Both the position numbers and the translations under genes were made by a program. Under the pieces are notes generated by a model. It saw only the letters and a list, made by a program, of their open reading frames with translations. It was not told where the DNA came from and made no database searches. 64,000 nucleotides of DNA from Candidatus Eiseniibacteriota bacterium (GTDB taxonomy: Bacteria; Arandabacterota; Arandabacteria; Arandabacterales; Arandabacteraceae): the NCBI GenBank assembly GCA_043810925.1, contig JBDRNT010000089.1, positions 37,191 to 101,190 of the forward strand, read 5' to 3'. The stretch's first letter is position 1, and the number at the start of each line of letters is the position of its first letter. Shown piece after piece: positions 47,891 to 58,223 of this stretch.

Positions 47891-48973
47891 GTGGAAGCAC
47901 GAATACTGGATCAGCTCCTGGATGAGTTCGCGCCCTCGGCCACAGGGTCTCCGGATGCCGGGGCCTACCTGCTGGGAGACCCCGGGCTTGACGTCGACCG
48001 GTTTTTCGTCGCGTGGAATCCCGGCCAGCTCGAAGGTATCATAGAGAAATCCACAGACGGCAAGGGTGCGTACGTAGCCTACCTCGGCGGGCTTGATGAA
48101 AAACTCAGGTGTCTCTTTTCGCTTTCGCTTAAGGGTCTTAAGGGCTTCGTGATAAAATTCGCGGGTCCATCGTGGCGCTACCACTCCTGGGGTGTGGCGT
48201 CGAAGATAGCGAAGGACCTGGGAATAGAGGATCCCGAGCCGGTGCTGGTCGCGGGCCGGGAGTGTAACCTCAAGGTCGTGACGTATGCTCCCGAAAAGGA
48301 CATCCCCAAGGTAAGGGAGTCACTCTTCTCAGCAGGTGCCGGCAGGTACGGACTCTATTCCAAATGCTCCTTCTCGGGTTCCGGCAAGGGGACGTTCCTG
48401 GGGGATAAGACCTCCAACCCCGCCTACGGGAGACCGGGCCAGATGGAGGAAATCGCGGAGGAACGGCTGGAGGTATTAGTCCCTTCGGACAGAGTCGGCA
48501 AAGCCGTCGCGGCCCTGAGGAAGGTCCACCCGTACGAGCAACCTGTGATAGAGACATACGAGGTCGGGTCGGGGCGGGAATTCGGGGAGGGCCGGATGGG
48601 AAGACTCGTCTCGCCGCTGGCTTCAATGGAGGCCTCAAGGAAGATAGCATCGCTACTGGGATCGCGTGCGGTCCATGTCTCGGGTGAGTCAAAGGCCCGG
48701 ACCGCTATGATCTGGGACGGCGATCCCGAAACGGGTCTCTACGAAGCCCTCATGAGGGACATTGAGCTCTACGTGGGCCCCGACAGTCAGGGACTGGCAA
48801 GGCTTTTGGGGAGGACGCAACGGGCGGGAGCGGTTGAGTTTCCGCAGTACTGTTTTGTAATGGCGGGTGCGAAGGAATTGATATACATGGTAAGAGAGAA
48901 ATCAAAGAGCGAGTCCTGGGGTCTCAGGACTTTTCTGCCGTCCAAGGTAGGTAAGGAGGGAGCGCATAAATGA
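47891..48973 (+). CDS. Divergent Nif3/YqfO-like protein
   Basis: Central KVVTYAP...AGAGRYGLYSKCSF...HPYEQP domain and synteny with the Zn-ribbon gene; flanking regions divergent. Confidence 0.75.
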   Translation: MEARILDQLLDEFAPSATGSPDAGAYLLGDPGLDVDRFFVAWNPGQLEGIIEKSTDGKGAYVAYLGGLDEKLRCLFSLSLKGLKGFVIKFAGPSWRYHSWGVASKIAKDLGIEDPEPVLVAGRECNLKVVTYAPEKDIPKVRESLFSAGAGRYGLYSKCSFSGSGKGTFLGDKTSNPAYGRPGQMEEIAEERLEVLVPSDRVGKAVAALRKVHPYEQPVIETYEVGSGREFGEGRMGRLVSPLASMEASRKIASLLGSRAVHVSGESKARTAMIWDGDPETGLYEALMRDIELYVGPDSQGLARLLGRTQRAGAVEFPQYCFVMAGAKELIYMVREKSKSESWGLRTFLPSKVGKEGAHK

Positions 48974-49677
48974 GAGCGACGAAGGACCTTCTTCTTAAAC
49001 TTCAGCAACTTGACGACGAGATCGCTGCTCTGAGGGCGGACGAAGAGTCGATTCCTGCGAAGAAAGAGGATCTTGAAGAAGGACTCAAGGCCATCCAGGC
49101 GAGGGTTGAAGAAGCCAAGGAGCAAGCGATAGAACTGGCCAAGAAGCGGAAGGGACAGGAGATTGAGCTGGAGTCGATCGCGGACAGCATGGGCAAGTTC
49201 CAGAGCCAGCTCTTCCAGGTGAAGAGCAACCGCGAGTACGAGGCCCTGCAGCACGAGATTGCCGGTCTCAAGGAGAAGAGCTCAAAGATCGAGGATGCGA
49301 TCCTGGAGACCCTGGAGAGTTCCGAGCAGATCTCGAAGGCGATTGAGGCGGAACAGCATGCATTGAAGGCCGATGCCGAGCGGTCCATGACCGAGCAGGC
49401 CAAACTCGATGGGGAGCTTAAGGAACTCACGGATGCAATCAAGGTCAAGGACGATGAAAGGGAGCGTCTGGTCGCGGATCTCGACAAGGCACTGCTCACG
49501 CGCTATGAACGAATCAGGGACAATAAGAACGGGCTTGCAGTGACTTCCGTGGAGAACGGGGCATGCGGGGGATGCTTCAGGAGGATCCCTCCTCAGGAGA
49601 TGCAGAATCTCAAGCGGGATGACCGGATAATCACCTGTGAGGGTTGCGGGAGGTTGATCATCTGGAGGTGGGAATGA
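48970..49677 (+). CDS. Coiled-coil C4 zinc-ribbon protein (DUF164-like)
   Basis: LQQLD, NREYEALQHEI, CGGC...CEGCGR. Confidence 0.92.
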   Translation: MRATKDLLLKLQQLDDEIAALRADEESIPAKKEDLEEGLKAIQARVEEAKEQAIELAKKRKGQEIELESIADSMGKFQSQLFQVKSNREYEALQHEIAGLKEKSSKIEDAILETLESSEQISKAIEAEQHALKADAERSMTEQAKLDGELKELTDAIKVKDDERERLVADLDKALLTRYERIRDNKNGLAVTSVENGACGGCFRRIPPQEMQNLKRDDRIITCEGCGRLIIWRWE

Positions 49678-50246
49678 CGGCCGGCAAGGCTCCCAGAGGG
49701 GATCTCTCCTACGCGCTTAAGTTGCTCGCCTCGGGGCAGGGGGTAGGCGAGGTGTGGAGAGAGACAGGTTTCGAGTCAAGGAAGGCGCTGGCGAACAGGT
49801 TGTTTGAGCTTGCCGAGAGCAGCGTTCCAACCCAGCACCTCAGTGTTGTCGCTTATTCCGACGGGGCGTCACGCGGCAATCCGGGTGACGCGGGCTGCGG
49901 AGTGGTGATACTCGATGAGTCAGGCCGGGTCCTGCTGGAGGAACACAAGTACCTGGGCCGGACAACCAACAATGTTGCGGAGTATCAGGCCGCCATACTG
50001 GCTCTTGAGAAGGCTTCCGAGCTGGGGGCGACCCGGCTTGAACTCAGGGTTGACAGCAGTCTCCTCGCAAACCAGATCAAGGGTAGGTACAAGGTCAAGA
50101 GCGAGGTCCTGGCCGGTTTCTACCAGAGTCTTATGGAAAAGGTGAAACTATTTGATACTTTTGAGGTTACTTTAATCAGGAGGACGGAGAACACGCAGGC
50201 AGACAGGCTGGCCAGTCTTGGCGTTTCTGCCCGCAAAGGAGGTTGA
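49674..50246 (+). CDS. Ribonuclease HI family protein
   Basis: YSDGASRGNPG, TNNVAEY, DSSL, NTQADRLA; ATGA overlap with the upstream gene. Confidence 0.92.
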   Translation: MTAGKAPRGDLSYALKLLASGQGVGEVWRETGFESRKALANRLFELAESSVPTQHLSVVAYSDGASRGNPGDAGCGVVILDESGRVLLEEHKYLGRTTNNVAEYQAAILALEKASELGATRLELRVDSSLLANQIKGRYKVKSEVLAGFYQSLMEKVKLFDTFEVTLIRRTENTQADRLASLGVSARKGG

Positions 50247-50248
50247 GT

Positions 50249-50810
50249 CCGGAACAGGCGAGGTGTTCGCGCACGGGACAAGTCCCGTGTGAGGAAAGTC
50301 CGAGCTCCACAGGGCAGGGTGCTGGGTAACCCCCAGTGGGAGCGATCCCAAGGAAAGTGCCACAGAAAGCAAACCGCCGGCCTGACCCGGGCTGTGCACA
50401 GACCTCGTAGCGAGGTGACGAAGATGTCAGTGGTGGCAAGGAAGACGACTAAGCCGGCCGGAGGCGTATCGAAGAGATACGTCGAGGATCGGCGAGGGAG
50501 TATGACGCCGCAGCCGCTGGCAGATATAGCGCCGCAGCAGAGGGTATGTGGACAACCCGGGTCAAAGCCGGTAAGGGTGAAAGGGTGAGGTAAGAGCTCA
50601 CCATTGTCCCCGGTGACGGGGACAGATCGGTAAACCCCACCCGGAGCAAGACCAAATAGGGGGAGATGAAGCTGCCCGCTTCGCTACAATTCCCGGGTCA
50701 GGTCGCTTGAGGTGTGAGGGAACTCACATCCCAGATTAATGAATGCCGCCGGTAGCAAGGTTGTGGACGCCGCGCTACTGGAACAGAACTCGGCTTATTG
50801 CCTGTTCCGG
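50249..50810 (+). ncRNA. rnpB: RNase P RNA (type A, unusually long)
   Basis: P1 CCGGAACAGGC/GCCTGTTCCGG, GAGGAAAGTCCGAGCTC, AGTGCCACAGAAA, AGGGTGAAA, GGTAAACCCC, GGAGCAA, ACAGAACTCGGCTTA. Confidence 0.95.
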
Positions 50811-50855
50811 TGTCCGCCAGTTAAGATTTCCGACAATGTCTTAGAGGACTGTGTG

Positions 50856-53036
50856 ATGGGCCTGAGGACAAACAGCAAGAAAGGCAAGAGCGAGCAGAGC
50901 CCGGCCGACGGTGAGGCTATGAATCTGCTTGCCGAAGTCGAGAAATTGCGCCCGGGTGCAGACCTGGAACTGATAGAGAAGGCGTTCCACTTCAGTGCCA
51001 GGGCCCACGACGGCCAGCTCAGGCTTTCGGGCGCCCCATATCTCACACACTGTGTAGAGGTAGCCCGCATCCTTGCAGAACTGCACCTCGATTCCGTGAC
51101 GATCGCCGGTGGGCTCCTTCACGACATTGTGGAGGATACGACGTTCGGGGTGGACGACATCAGAAAGGCATTCGGCAACGAGATCGCCACGATTGTCGAT
51201 GGTGTGACCAACATAAGCGGCATGAGCTTTGACAGCCCGGAACAGGAACAGATGGAGAAGTACCGGAAGATGCTGCTTTCGATGGCCGAGGACGTGCGGG
51301 TGATCCTGATCAAGCTGGCAGACAGGCTTCATAATGTGAGGACACTTCAGTTTCTGCCTGCAAACGACAGGAAGAGGATAGCCCGGGAGACTCTCGAGGT
51401 CTTTGCGCCGCTTGCCCACAGGCTTGGTATAGCCAAGGTTAAGTGGGAGCTCGAGGACCTCTCGCTTAAGCATCTGGACCCGGAGGCCTACGACCTTCTT
51501 GCCGGTCAGATCGCCGTCAGCCGCCGTCAACGCGAGCAGTACCTTGTGGATCTTGAAGAACCGCTCTTGGAGAAGCTCCGGGAGAACGGCATAAAGGCCG
51601 AGATCGCCGGCAGGGCGAAGCACTTCTACAGCATCTACATGAAGATGAAAAACCAGGGGCGGCCGATTGAAGACATCTATGATCTCCTGGCGATCAGGGT
51701 CATAACCGATAGTGTTGCCGACTGCTACAAGATCCTCGGCGTGATCCACGGGATGTATGTTCCCGTCATCGACCGGATCAAGGATTTCATCGCGACGCCC
51801 AAGAAAAACATGTACAGGTCGCTGCACACGACCGTCATCGGCCCGCACGGTGAAATGGTTGAAATCCAGATCAGAACCAGGGAGATGCACAAGACCGCCG
51901 AGGAGGGGATCGCCGCACACTGGCGCTACAAAGAGGGGCGCAAGAGTGATGAGGAACTCGAGAAGCAGCTGACATGGCTCAGGCAGACGCTGGAGTGGTC
52001 CCGCGATCTTACCGATCCGACCGAGTTCATGCAGTCACTGAGAGCCGACCTGTATCATCACGAGATATTCGTATTCACGCCGAAGGGCGATCTGAGGAAC
52101 CTGCCGCTTGGGGCGACACCGATCGATTTCGCGTACGCCGTCCATACTGAGGTGGGGAACCACTGCACAGGTGCCAAGGTAAACGGCAAACTCATGGCTC
52201 TGGCGACGGAGATTAAGAACGGTGACACCGTGGAGATAATGACCCAGGCCAGCGCGGTGCCCAGTATCGATTGGCTCAAGACCGTCAGAACGGGGGGCGC
52301 CAGGTCCAAGATAAGGAGATGGCTCAAGGTAAGGGGCTTCGGGCAGCATGTCACTCTCGGCCGTGAAATGCTGGAGAAGCAGTTTAAGAAGGCGCGTAAG
52401 CCCTTTCCGAGTGAGAAGGAGATGGCCGATACGGCATACCAGCTCAAACGCAGCGATGCCGAGCACCTGTTCTTCTCAGTAGGCAGCGGTGAGATCTCAA
52501 GCCAGCTGGTTCTCCACAGGATCCACCCCGATCTTGTGAAGACACCGCGAATAAGGAAGACCGTTCGCCCCGTCAAGACCGATTCCGGCGTGATAATCCA
52601 GGGAATGGGAGACATCATGATCAGGTTCGCGAAATGCTGCCAGCCGGTTCCCGGTGATGAGGTGGTGGGGCTCGTCACGAAGGGCCACGGAATATCGGTG
52701 CACCGCTCGACCTGTCACAATGTGTTGAAACCGGGTATTACCTCCGAGAGACTGCTCAGCGTGGACTGGGACATGGACAAGGACCAGGCGTTTCCTGTCG
52801 AGGTGTCAATGCTCTGTGAGGACCGGCGCAACATGCTCGCCGACGTGGCCAAGGCGATAGGTGATGAGAGTGCGGACATCGTCAATGCGGACGTGAAACG
52901 ACAGGGCGCGCACGCCGTGGGCACCTTCGCCCTTCAGGTCAAGAATCTTACGCAGCTCAACGGGATCATCAAGTCGATAGCCGGAGTGAAGGGCGTGTAC
53001 AAGATTGCCAGAAAGGGTGAGGTGACCAGCGGGTGA
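50856..53036 (+). CDS. Bifunctional (p)ppGpp synthetase/hydrolase (RelA/SpoT, long RSH)
   Basis: LLHDIVED, IKLADRLHN, YRSLHT, EIQIRT, TGS and ACT domains; the ORF-track start lies inside rnpB, so ATG 50856 (or 50919) is used. Confidence 0.95.
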   Translation: MGLRTNSKKGKSEQSPADGEAMNLLAEVEKLRPGADLELIEKAFHFSARAHDGQLRLSGAPYLTHCVEVARILAELHLDSVTIAGGLLHDIVEDTTFGVDDIRKAFGNEIATIVDGVTNISGMSFDSPEQEQMEKYRKMLLSMAEDVRVILIKLADRLHNVRTLQFLPANDRKRIARETLEVFAPLAHRLGIAKVKWELEDLSLKHLDPEAYDLLAGQIAVSRRQREQYLVDLEEPLLEKLRENGIKAEIAGRAKHFYSIYMKMKNQGRPIEDIYDLLAIRVITDSVADCYKILGVIHGMYVPVIDRIKDFIATPKKNMYRSLHTTVIGPHGEMVEIQIRTREMHKTAEEGIAAHWRYKEGRKSDEELEKQLTWLRQTLEWSRDLTDPTEFMQSLRADLYHHEIFVFTPKGDLRNLPLGATPIDFAYAVHTEVGNHCTGAKVNGKLMALATEIKNGDTVEIMTQASAVPSIDWLKTVRTGGARSKIRRWLKVRGFGQHVTLGREMLEKQFKKARKPFPSEKEMADTAYQLKRSDAEHLFFSVGSGEISSQLVLHRIHPDLVKTPRIRKTVRPVKTDSGVIIQGMGDIMIRFAKCCQPVPGDEVVGLVTKGHGISVHRSTCHNVLKPGITSERLLSVDWDMDKDQAFPVEVSMLCEDRRNMLADVAKAIGDESADIVNADVKRQGAHAVGTFALQVKNLTQLNGIIKSIAGVKGVYKIARKGEVTSG

Positions 53037-53803
53037 TGACGGCCGTCCCGCATGTGACGGAGCCTGCGTACTTAACACGCCGGGGTGTGACCCGGCTCAC
53101 CTACCCTGAACTCACCACAGCGAATGTCGAGCACGGGATAGCCGTCTTTAAAGACCTCGATACCGGCCCGCCGGGCCCGGATAGCGCTCAAGCGCTGGCC
53201 GGGGCTTTGCGTGGGAGTCTTGATCCTGCCCCCGGGTGTCTGGTAATCCCCGTCCAGAAGCACACAAGTGTCGTGAGACGAGTGCAGCGGCCGGACTGCG
53301 GCGGCAGGCCCGTTGCGTGTGACGGCCTTGTAACACGTGAGACCGGAGTAATGATTGCCGTCAGCGTGGCCGATTGCATCCCGCTCTTTGCCCTCGATAG
53401 ACCGGGTGGGGTGGTAGGGGTCGCGCATTGCGGGTGGAGAGGGATAGCGTCGGGGATCGTCGAGGAGTTTCTTGCGTGTCTTAAAGGCCTCGCCCGCCGG
53501 AAGGAAGACGTGGTCTATCTCGTCGGTGCTTCAATCGGAAGCTGCTGCTACTCGGTCCGCGAAGACTTTCTGGGTCACTTCTCAAGCGAGGAAGTGGGGT
53601 CGTTTTCGACCGAATCCGGTGATCGAACGTGTTTTGACCTCAAGACCCTCGTTGCCTCGCGGCTGGTGAGATCGGGTGTCGGGGCGGGGCAGATTTCAAT
53701 TGACAATACGTGCACGTCGTGCAACAAGTACTTACTGAGCTCGTACAGGGCCGATGGCGGCAAGTGTGGACGGATGCTCGCTTTCCTCATGGTTAGAGAG
53801 TGA
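53033..53803 (+). CDS. YfiH/PgeF (polyphenol oxidase family) protein
   Basis: QKH, DGLVT, VADCIP, AHCGWRG, CTSC, SSYR. Confidence 0.88.
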   Translation: MMTAVPHVTEPAYLTRRGVTRLTYPELTTANVEHGIAVFKDLDTGPPGPDSAQALAGALRGSLDPAPGCLVIPVQKHTSVVRRVQRPDCGGRPVACDGLVTRETGVMIAVSVADCIPLFALDRPGGVVGVAHCGWRGIASGIVEEFLACLKGLARRKEDVVYLVGASIGSCCYSVREDFLGHFSSEEVGSFSTESGDRTCFDLKTLVASRLVRSGVGAGQISIDNTCTSCNKYLLSSYRADGGKCGRMLAFLMVRE

Positions 53804-53863
53804 GGCAGGCGGGCGTTGCGCTATGGCCCCGGTTATTGAGAAACCTTGTGGCGGGGTGACCTC

Positions 53864-54301
53864 TTGAAGGCAGTGGTCCAGAGGGTGAGCGGCGCGCGTG
53901 TCAGTGTGGCCGAAGAGGTCGTGGCAAGGATCGGGAAGGGCTTTGTGATCCTGCTCGGCGTAAAGAAGGGCGACACGGAAGACGCTGCCCGGTGGCTTGC
54001 GAGGAAGTGCGCGGGTCTCCGGGTCTTTGAGGACGATAGGGAGATGATGAATCTAAGCCTCGGCGATGTCGGCGGCGCGGCACTCGTGGTCTCCCAGTTC
54101 ACGTTGTACGGGGATTGTGACAAGGGGCGGCGCCCGAGCTTCACGGAAGCGGCACCGCCCGGGACGGCGGAGACGCTTTATGAAGTCTTCGTCAGGACGC
54201 TCAGGGAAGATGGGATCCCCGTTAAGACGGGAAGGTTCCAGGCTAAGATGCTTGTCGAGATCGCAAACGACGGGCCTGTTACCCTGATACTTGAACGGTG
54301 A
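53864..54301 (+). CDS. dtd: D-aminoacyl-tRNA deacylase
   Basis: KAVVQRV, VSQFTL, GRRPSF, NDGPVT. Confidence 0.95.
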   Translation: MKAVVQRVSGARVSVAEEVVARIGKGFVILLGVKKGDTEDAARWLARKCAGLRVFEDDREMMNLSLGDVGGAALVVSQFTLYGDCDKGRRPSFTEAAPPGTAETLYEVFVRTLREDGIPVKTGRFQAKMLVEIANDGPVTLILER

Positions 54302-54307
54302 TATGCA

Positions 54308-54913
54308 GTGGCAAAACGTTTCCCTTTTTCAGACCGGGAGATCATACTGGCGTCATCGTCACCCAGACGCCGTTATCTCCTCAGGCTTATCCGCCTGAAG
54401 CACACGGTGGCCCATCCCCGGGTCACGGAAGAGGATCATGCCGACAGTGATCCCGTCCGCAACGTCCTCCAGCTTTCGAAGCTCAAAGCACGTTCAGTCA
54501 AAGATGATTTCAGCCGAGGCTATATACTGGGCGCCGACACGATCGTGGTGCTGGATGGCGGCATCCTGGGCAAGCCGGCAGACGTGGAGGAAGCCAGGTC
54601 GATGCTCGGGAGACTCTGTGGCCGTCTTCATGACGTCTATACGGGGCTCACACTGATCGACGTCGAAAGCGGGAAGGAGATTCAAGGCTACGAGAGGACG
54701 CATGTTAAGATCCGAAGGATGTCTGTCTCTGAGATAGACGCGTACATTGAGACTGGAGAACCGATGGACAAAGCGGGCTCATATGGTATACAGGGTTACG
54801 GAGCTGCTATAGTGGAGAGGGTGGACGGATGTTACTTCAATGTGGTCGGCCTGCCGGTCGTCAGACTACTGAGACTCATCCGGGACATGGACAGTATATG
54901 CGGAGGTAAGTAA
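54308..54913 (+). CDS. maf: Maf family nucleotide pyrophosphatase
   Basis: ILASSSPRR, GADTIV, DKAGSYGIQG, NVVGLP. Confidence 0.93.
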   Translation: MAKRFPFSDREIILASSSPRRRYLLRLIRLKHTVAHPRVTEEDHADSDPVRNVLQLSKLKARSVKDDFSRGYILGADTIVVLDGGILGKPADVEEARSMLGRLCGRLHDVYTGLTLIDVESGKEIQGYERTHVKIRRMSVSEIDAYIETGEPMDKAGSYGIQGYGAAIVERVDGCYFNVVGLPVVRLLRLIRDMDSICGGK

Positions 54914-54915
54914 CG

Positions 54916-55335
54916 ATGGCAGTCAAGACTTTTGACATGCACCTGAGCACCAAGGGGTTTGGGGACATGATCGATGTCACCCAGCAGGTGCAGGATCTGG
55001 TAAAGAAATCTCGGCTTACGGAAGGTATCGCAACAGTCTTTATCCCGGGCTCCACCGCTGCTGTTACGACCGTCGAATACGAATCCGGCGCCGTATCGGA
55101 CTTGAAGGACGCTTTCGACAGGCTGGTGCCGACCGACATGACTTATGCCCACAATGAGCGCTGGGGTGATGGTAACGGTTTCTCCCACGTGCGATCCGCG
55201 CTGCTCAAGACGTCACTGACCATCCCGTTCACGGGTGGGAACCTGATGCTCGGCAGGTGGCAGCAGGTCACCGTTGTGGACTTCGACAACGGTACGCGTG
55301 ACAGACGTGTCATAGTCCAGGTGATGGGAGAGTAA
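54916..55335 (+). CDS. YjbQ (UPF0047) family protein
   Basis: IDVT, GSTAAVTTVEYE, NGFSHVRS, LGRWQQ. Confidence 0.9.
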   Translation: MAVKTFDMHLSTKGFGDMIDVTQQVQDLVKKSRLTEGIATVFIPGSTAAVTTVEYESGAVSDLKDAFDRLVPTDMTYAHNERWGDGNGFSHVRSALLKTSLTIPFTGGNLMLGRWQQVTVVDFDNGTRDRRVIVQVMGE

Positions 55336-55338
55336 ACT

Positions 55339-56406
55339 GTGCAGGAACCGCCGGTAAGGCCCATCGAGTGGTGCGGCGATGAGGTGAAGATCATCGATCA
55401 ACGCCGGCTGCCCGGGGAGGAGCACATCCTGAGTCTCAGGACGACCGGTGAGTTTGCGGAGGCAATCAAGACCCTGGCCGTCAGGGGGGCGCCGCTAATT
55501 GGTGTTGCCGCTGCGATGGGAGTCGCCGTCGCCTCGCGCCGGGTTGTTTCATCGACATGGGAAGATTTCGAAGCCTCGCTTCGGGATTCTATAGCGACAC
55601 TTCACGCGACCAGGCCCACGGCAAGCAACCTCTTCTGGGCGCTCAGCCGGATGGAAGAGGTCCTCGGGGATAGCGCTCATGACGAGTCACCCGAGGCCTG
55701 CTCTGATGCACTCGTAAAGGAGGCCCTCAGAATCTATGAGGAAGACCTTGAGATGGGGATCATGATAGGCAAAGCAGGCGCAAGTCTCATAGAAGATGGT
55801 TTCTCGATACTCACCCACTGTAACGCGGGCGGGCTTGCGACATCCGGGTTCGGTACAGCGCTGGCACCTGTTTACTGGGCATTCAAGAAAGGTGTACAAC
55901 TCAGGGTGTACGCCGACGAGACCCGGCCTCTGCTTCAGGGGGCCAGGCTCACGGCATGGGAGCTGGCCCGGGCCGGTATTGACGTAACGGTCATATGCGA
56001 CAGTGCCGCTCACATAATGCTTTCGAGGGCGAAAATAGACCTCGTTCTGGTTGGAGCCGACAGAATAACGTCAAGCGGTGACTTTGCAAACAAGATCGGT
56101 ACACGCGGCGTTGCGATGTCCGCGCATGCAGCCGGCGTACCGTTTTACGTGGCGGCCCCGGGCTCTACCATTGACTTCAATCTGGAAAAGGGTGAGGAAA
56201 TCCCCATCGAAGAACGGGACGCTCTTGAGGTGACTCACATCGGCGGGGTGCAGATCACCCCTGTCGGCGTACCTGCTTATAATCCTGCTTTCGATGTCAC
56301 CCCGGCCGAGTACGTTTCCGGGTTCATCACCGAGAGGGGCCTTATATATCCGCCCTACCGGGAGAACCTCGCGAGTATCCGACCCGTCGACCCAGAAATG
56401 CGTTGA
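55339..56406 (+). CDS. mtnA: Methylthioribose-1-phosphate isomerase
   Basis: DQRRLP, VRGAPLIG, RPTASNL, THCNAG, ETRPLLQG, NPAFDVTP. Confidence 0.95.
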   Translation: MQEPPVRPIEWCGDEVKIIDQRRLPGEEHILSLRTTGEFAEAIKTLAVRGAPLIGVAAAMGVAVASRRVVSSTWEDFEASLRDSIATLHATRPTASNLFWALSRMEEVLGDSAHDESPEACSDALVKEALRIYEEDLEMGIMIGKAGASLIEDGFSILTHCNAGGLATSGFGTALAPVYWAFKKGVQLRVYADETRPLLQGARLTAWELARAGIDVTVICDSAAHIMLSRAKIDLVLVGADRITSSGDFANKIGTRGVAMSAHAAGVPFYVAAPGSTIDFNLEKGEEIPIEERDALEVTHIGGVQITPVGVPAYNPAFDVTPAEYVSGFITERGLIYPPYRENLASIRPVDPEMR

Positions 56407-56431
56407 CACCCACACCTTCCAGTGTTAGATT
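56403..56431 (+). promoter_or_regulatory. Sigma70-like promoter of rplM-rpsI
   Basis: TTGACA-N17-TAGATT. Confidence 0.65.
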
Positions 56432-56472
56432 TGGGGAAAATCCAGGCTGTAACAGAGCGTGGGAGGATTTAG

Positions 56473-56889
56473 ATGGGTCAGACTAAGCTAGAAGTAAGGT
56501 GGTTCGTAATCGATGCCGGCGGCAAGGTGCTTGGCAGACTTGCAAGCCGGATTGCCAGCAGGCTCCGTGGAAAACACAGACCCGAATACGCCCCGCATAA
56601 GGATGTGGGTGACCACATAATCGTGGTCAATGCGGGTGCTGTGGTTCTTACGGGCAACAAAGTACTCCAGAAAGAGCTTACGAGATACAGCGGTTATCCG
56701 GGTGGACTGAAGCGCATATCCTACAAGAAGCTCATGAAGGAAAAACCTGAGTTGGTGGTCGAAAAAGCGATAAAGGGGATGCTACCCCACACCAAGTTGG
56801 GCAGGAAAATGGCCAAGAAGCTCCGGGTCTATCCCGGGCCCGATCATCCGCATCAGGCCCAGAACCCCGAGCCGCTCCAATTAGACTGA
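56473..56889 (+). CDS. rplM: 50S ribosomal protein L13
   Basis: WFVIDA, LGRLAS, RGKHRP, GYPGG, KGMLP. Confidence 0.97.
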   Translation: MGQTKLEVRWFVIDAGGKVLGRLASRIASRLRGKHRPEYAPHKDVGDHIIVVNAGAVVLTGNKVLQKELTRYSGYPGGLKRISYKKLMKEKPELVVEKAIKGMLPHTKLGRKMAKKLRVYPGPDHPHQAQNPEPLQLD

Positions 56890-56906
56890 AGGAGGGAGGT
56901 GAGTAA

Positions 56907-57296
56907 TTGAAGAATCTCAGTCAGGCAACCGGCAGGAGGAAGGAAGCGGTGGCAAGGGTGTTGATACGTGAGGGTGAGGGCAAGCGTCTGGTAAACGGTC
57001 TGTCATTCAAAGACTATTTCCAGCGGGAGGCCATCATCGTACACGCGGAGGATCCCCTCAAGGTATATCCTTCTGTTGATGCGGTCGATGTGATGATAGA
57101 CGTCAGGGGCGGTGGCAAGCACGGGCAGGCAGGCGCTGTGCGTCTCGGCATAGCCAGAGCGTTGGCTCTACTTGACCCGACACTGCACAAACCCCTGAGG
57201 GATGCCGGATATCTTTCCCGTGATCCCCGTATGAAGGAAAGAAAGAAGTACGGGCAACCCGGGGCACGGAAGAGATTCCAATTCTCTAAGAGATAG
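56907..57296 (+). CDS. rpsI: 30S ribosomal protein S9
   Basis: TGRRK, GGG..GQAGA, KERKKYG, QFSKR. Confidence 0.97.
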   Translation: MKNLSQATGRRKEAVARVLIREGEGKRLVNGLSFKDYFQREAIIVHAEDPLKVYPSVDAVDVMIDVRGGGKHGQAGAVRLGIARALALLDPTLHKPLRDAGYLSRDPRMKERKKYGQPGARKRFQFSKR

Positions 57297-57305
57297 CAAC
57301 GATTC

Positions 57306-57372
57306 CACACGTCTCCCGATTCCCTTCAGGGTCTGGATCTTCAGGTTCAGTTGAAGGGAGATGAAGGAGATG
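57306..57372 (+). promoter_or_regulatory. Structured rpsB leader (candidate S2 autoregulatory element)
   Basis: CACAC followed by nested stems TCTCC/GGAGA, TCCCTTCA/TGAAGGGA, CTGGATC/GGTTCAG. Confidence 0.55.
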
Positions 57373-57402
57373 GCGGCCAAACCCAAACAGAGAGGTTGAA
57401 GT

Positions 57403-58209
57403 ATGACATTGAAAGGCGTCACCATGAAAAGCCTGCTCGAAGCAGGCGTTCATTTTGGGCATCAGAAGCGAAGATGGAACCCCAAAATGAAGAAGTACAT
57501 TTTTGTTGAGAGAAGCGGTATTTACATCATCGATCTTCAGAAGACCCTCGAGCTGCTGGGCAAAGCTTCCGACCAGGTGACCGCATCGGTCAAGGGCGGC
57601 GGGCTGATACTCTTCGTCGGCACAAAGAAGCAGGCGAAGGATGTGATCAAGGAAGAGGCCAAGAGATGCGGGATGCCGTTCGTTTCGGAGCGGTGGCTGG
57701 GCGGGATGCTCACCAATTTCAAAACCATCAGGAACAATATCAAGCGGCTTGAGGAACTCGAAGCGATGGAGGCCGATGGGAGGCTTGCGGCGCTCTCGAA
57801 AAAGGAAGCGTCTTCCCTCACGAAGCATAAACTAAAGCTCGAGAAAGTACTCGACGGGATACGGACAATGGACACCTTGCCTGCGATGGTTTTCATTGTC
57901 GATACCCGCAAGGAGAAGATAGCGGTTGCCGAGGCCAGAAGGCTCAACATCCCGATCGCCGGGATAGTCGACACGAATTGCGACCCCGATCCGATAGACT
58001 ACCCCATGCCGGGTAATGATGACGCGATTCGCTCGATTCGGCTCTTCGCAAGAGCGGTATCGAATGCAGTGGTCGAGGCCAAGGGCTTGTCAACCGAAGG
58101 TATCGACGTGCCGGAGTCTGAAGGCGAAGCCGGGGTCGAGACCGCAACGGCAGTTGCAGGGGACGAAGACAAAGGATCAGAACCGGAGGGTGAGGTCGCA
58201 GAGTCGTAG
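57403..58209 (+). CDS. rpsB: 30S ribosomal protein S2
   Basis: [30 protein letters not shown]. Confidence 0.98.
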   Translation: MTLKGVTMKSLLEAGVHFGHQKRRWNPKMKKYIFVERSGIYIIDLQKTLELLGKASDQVTASVKGGGLILFVGTKKQAKDVIKEEAKRCGMPFVSERWLGGMLTNFKTIRNNIKRLEELEAMEADGRLAALSKKEASSLTKHKLKLEKVLDGIRTMDTLPAMVFIVDTRKEKIAVAEARRLNIPIAGIVDTNCDPDPIDYPMPGNDDAIRSIRLFARAVSNAVVEAKGLSTEGIDVPESEGEAGVETATAVAGDEDKGSEPEGEVAES

Positions 58210-58223
58210 GTTTGGAGGTAGCA

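Noticed and set aside
50289-50855. ORFs 50289-50588 and the 50739 start of relA/spoT
   Set aside because: They lie within the RNase P RNA gene
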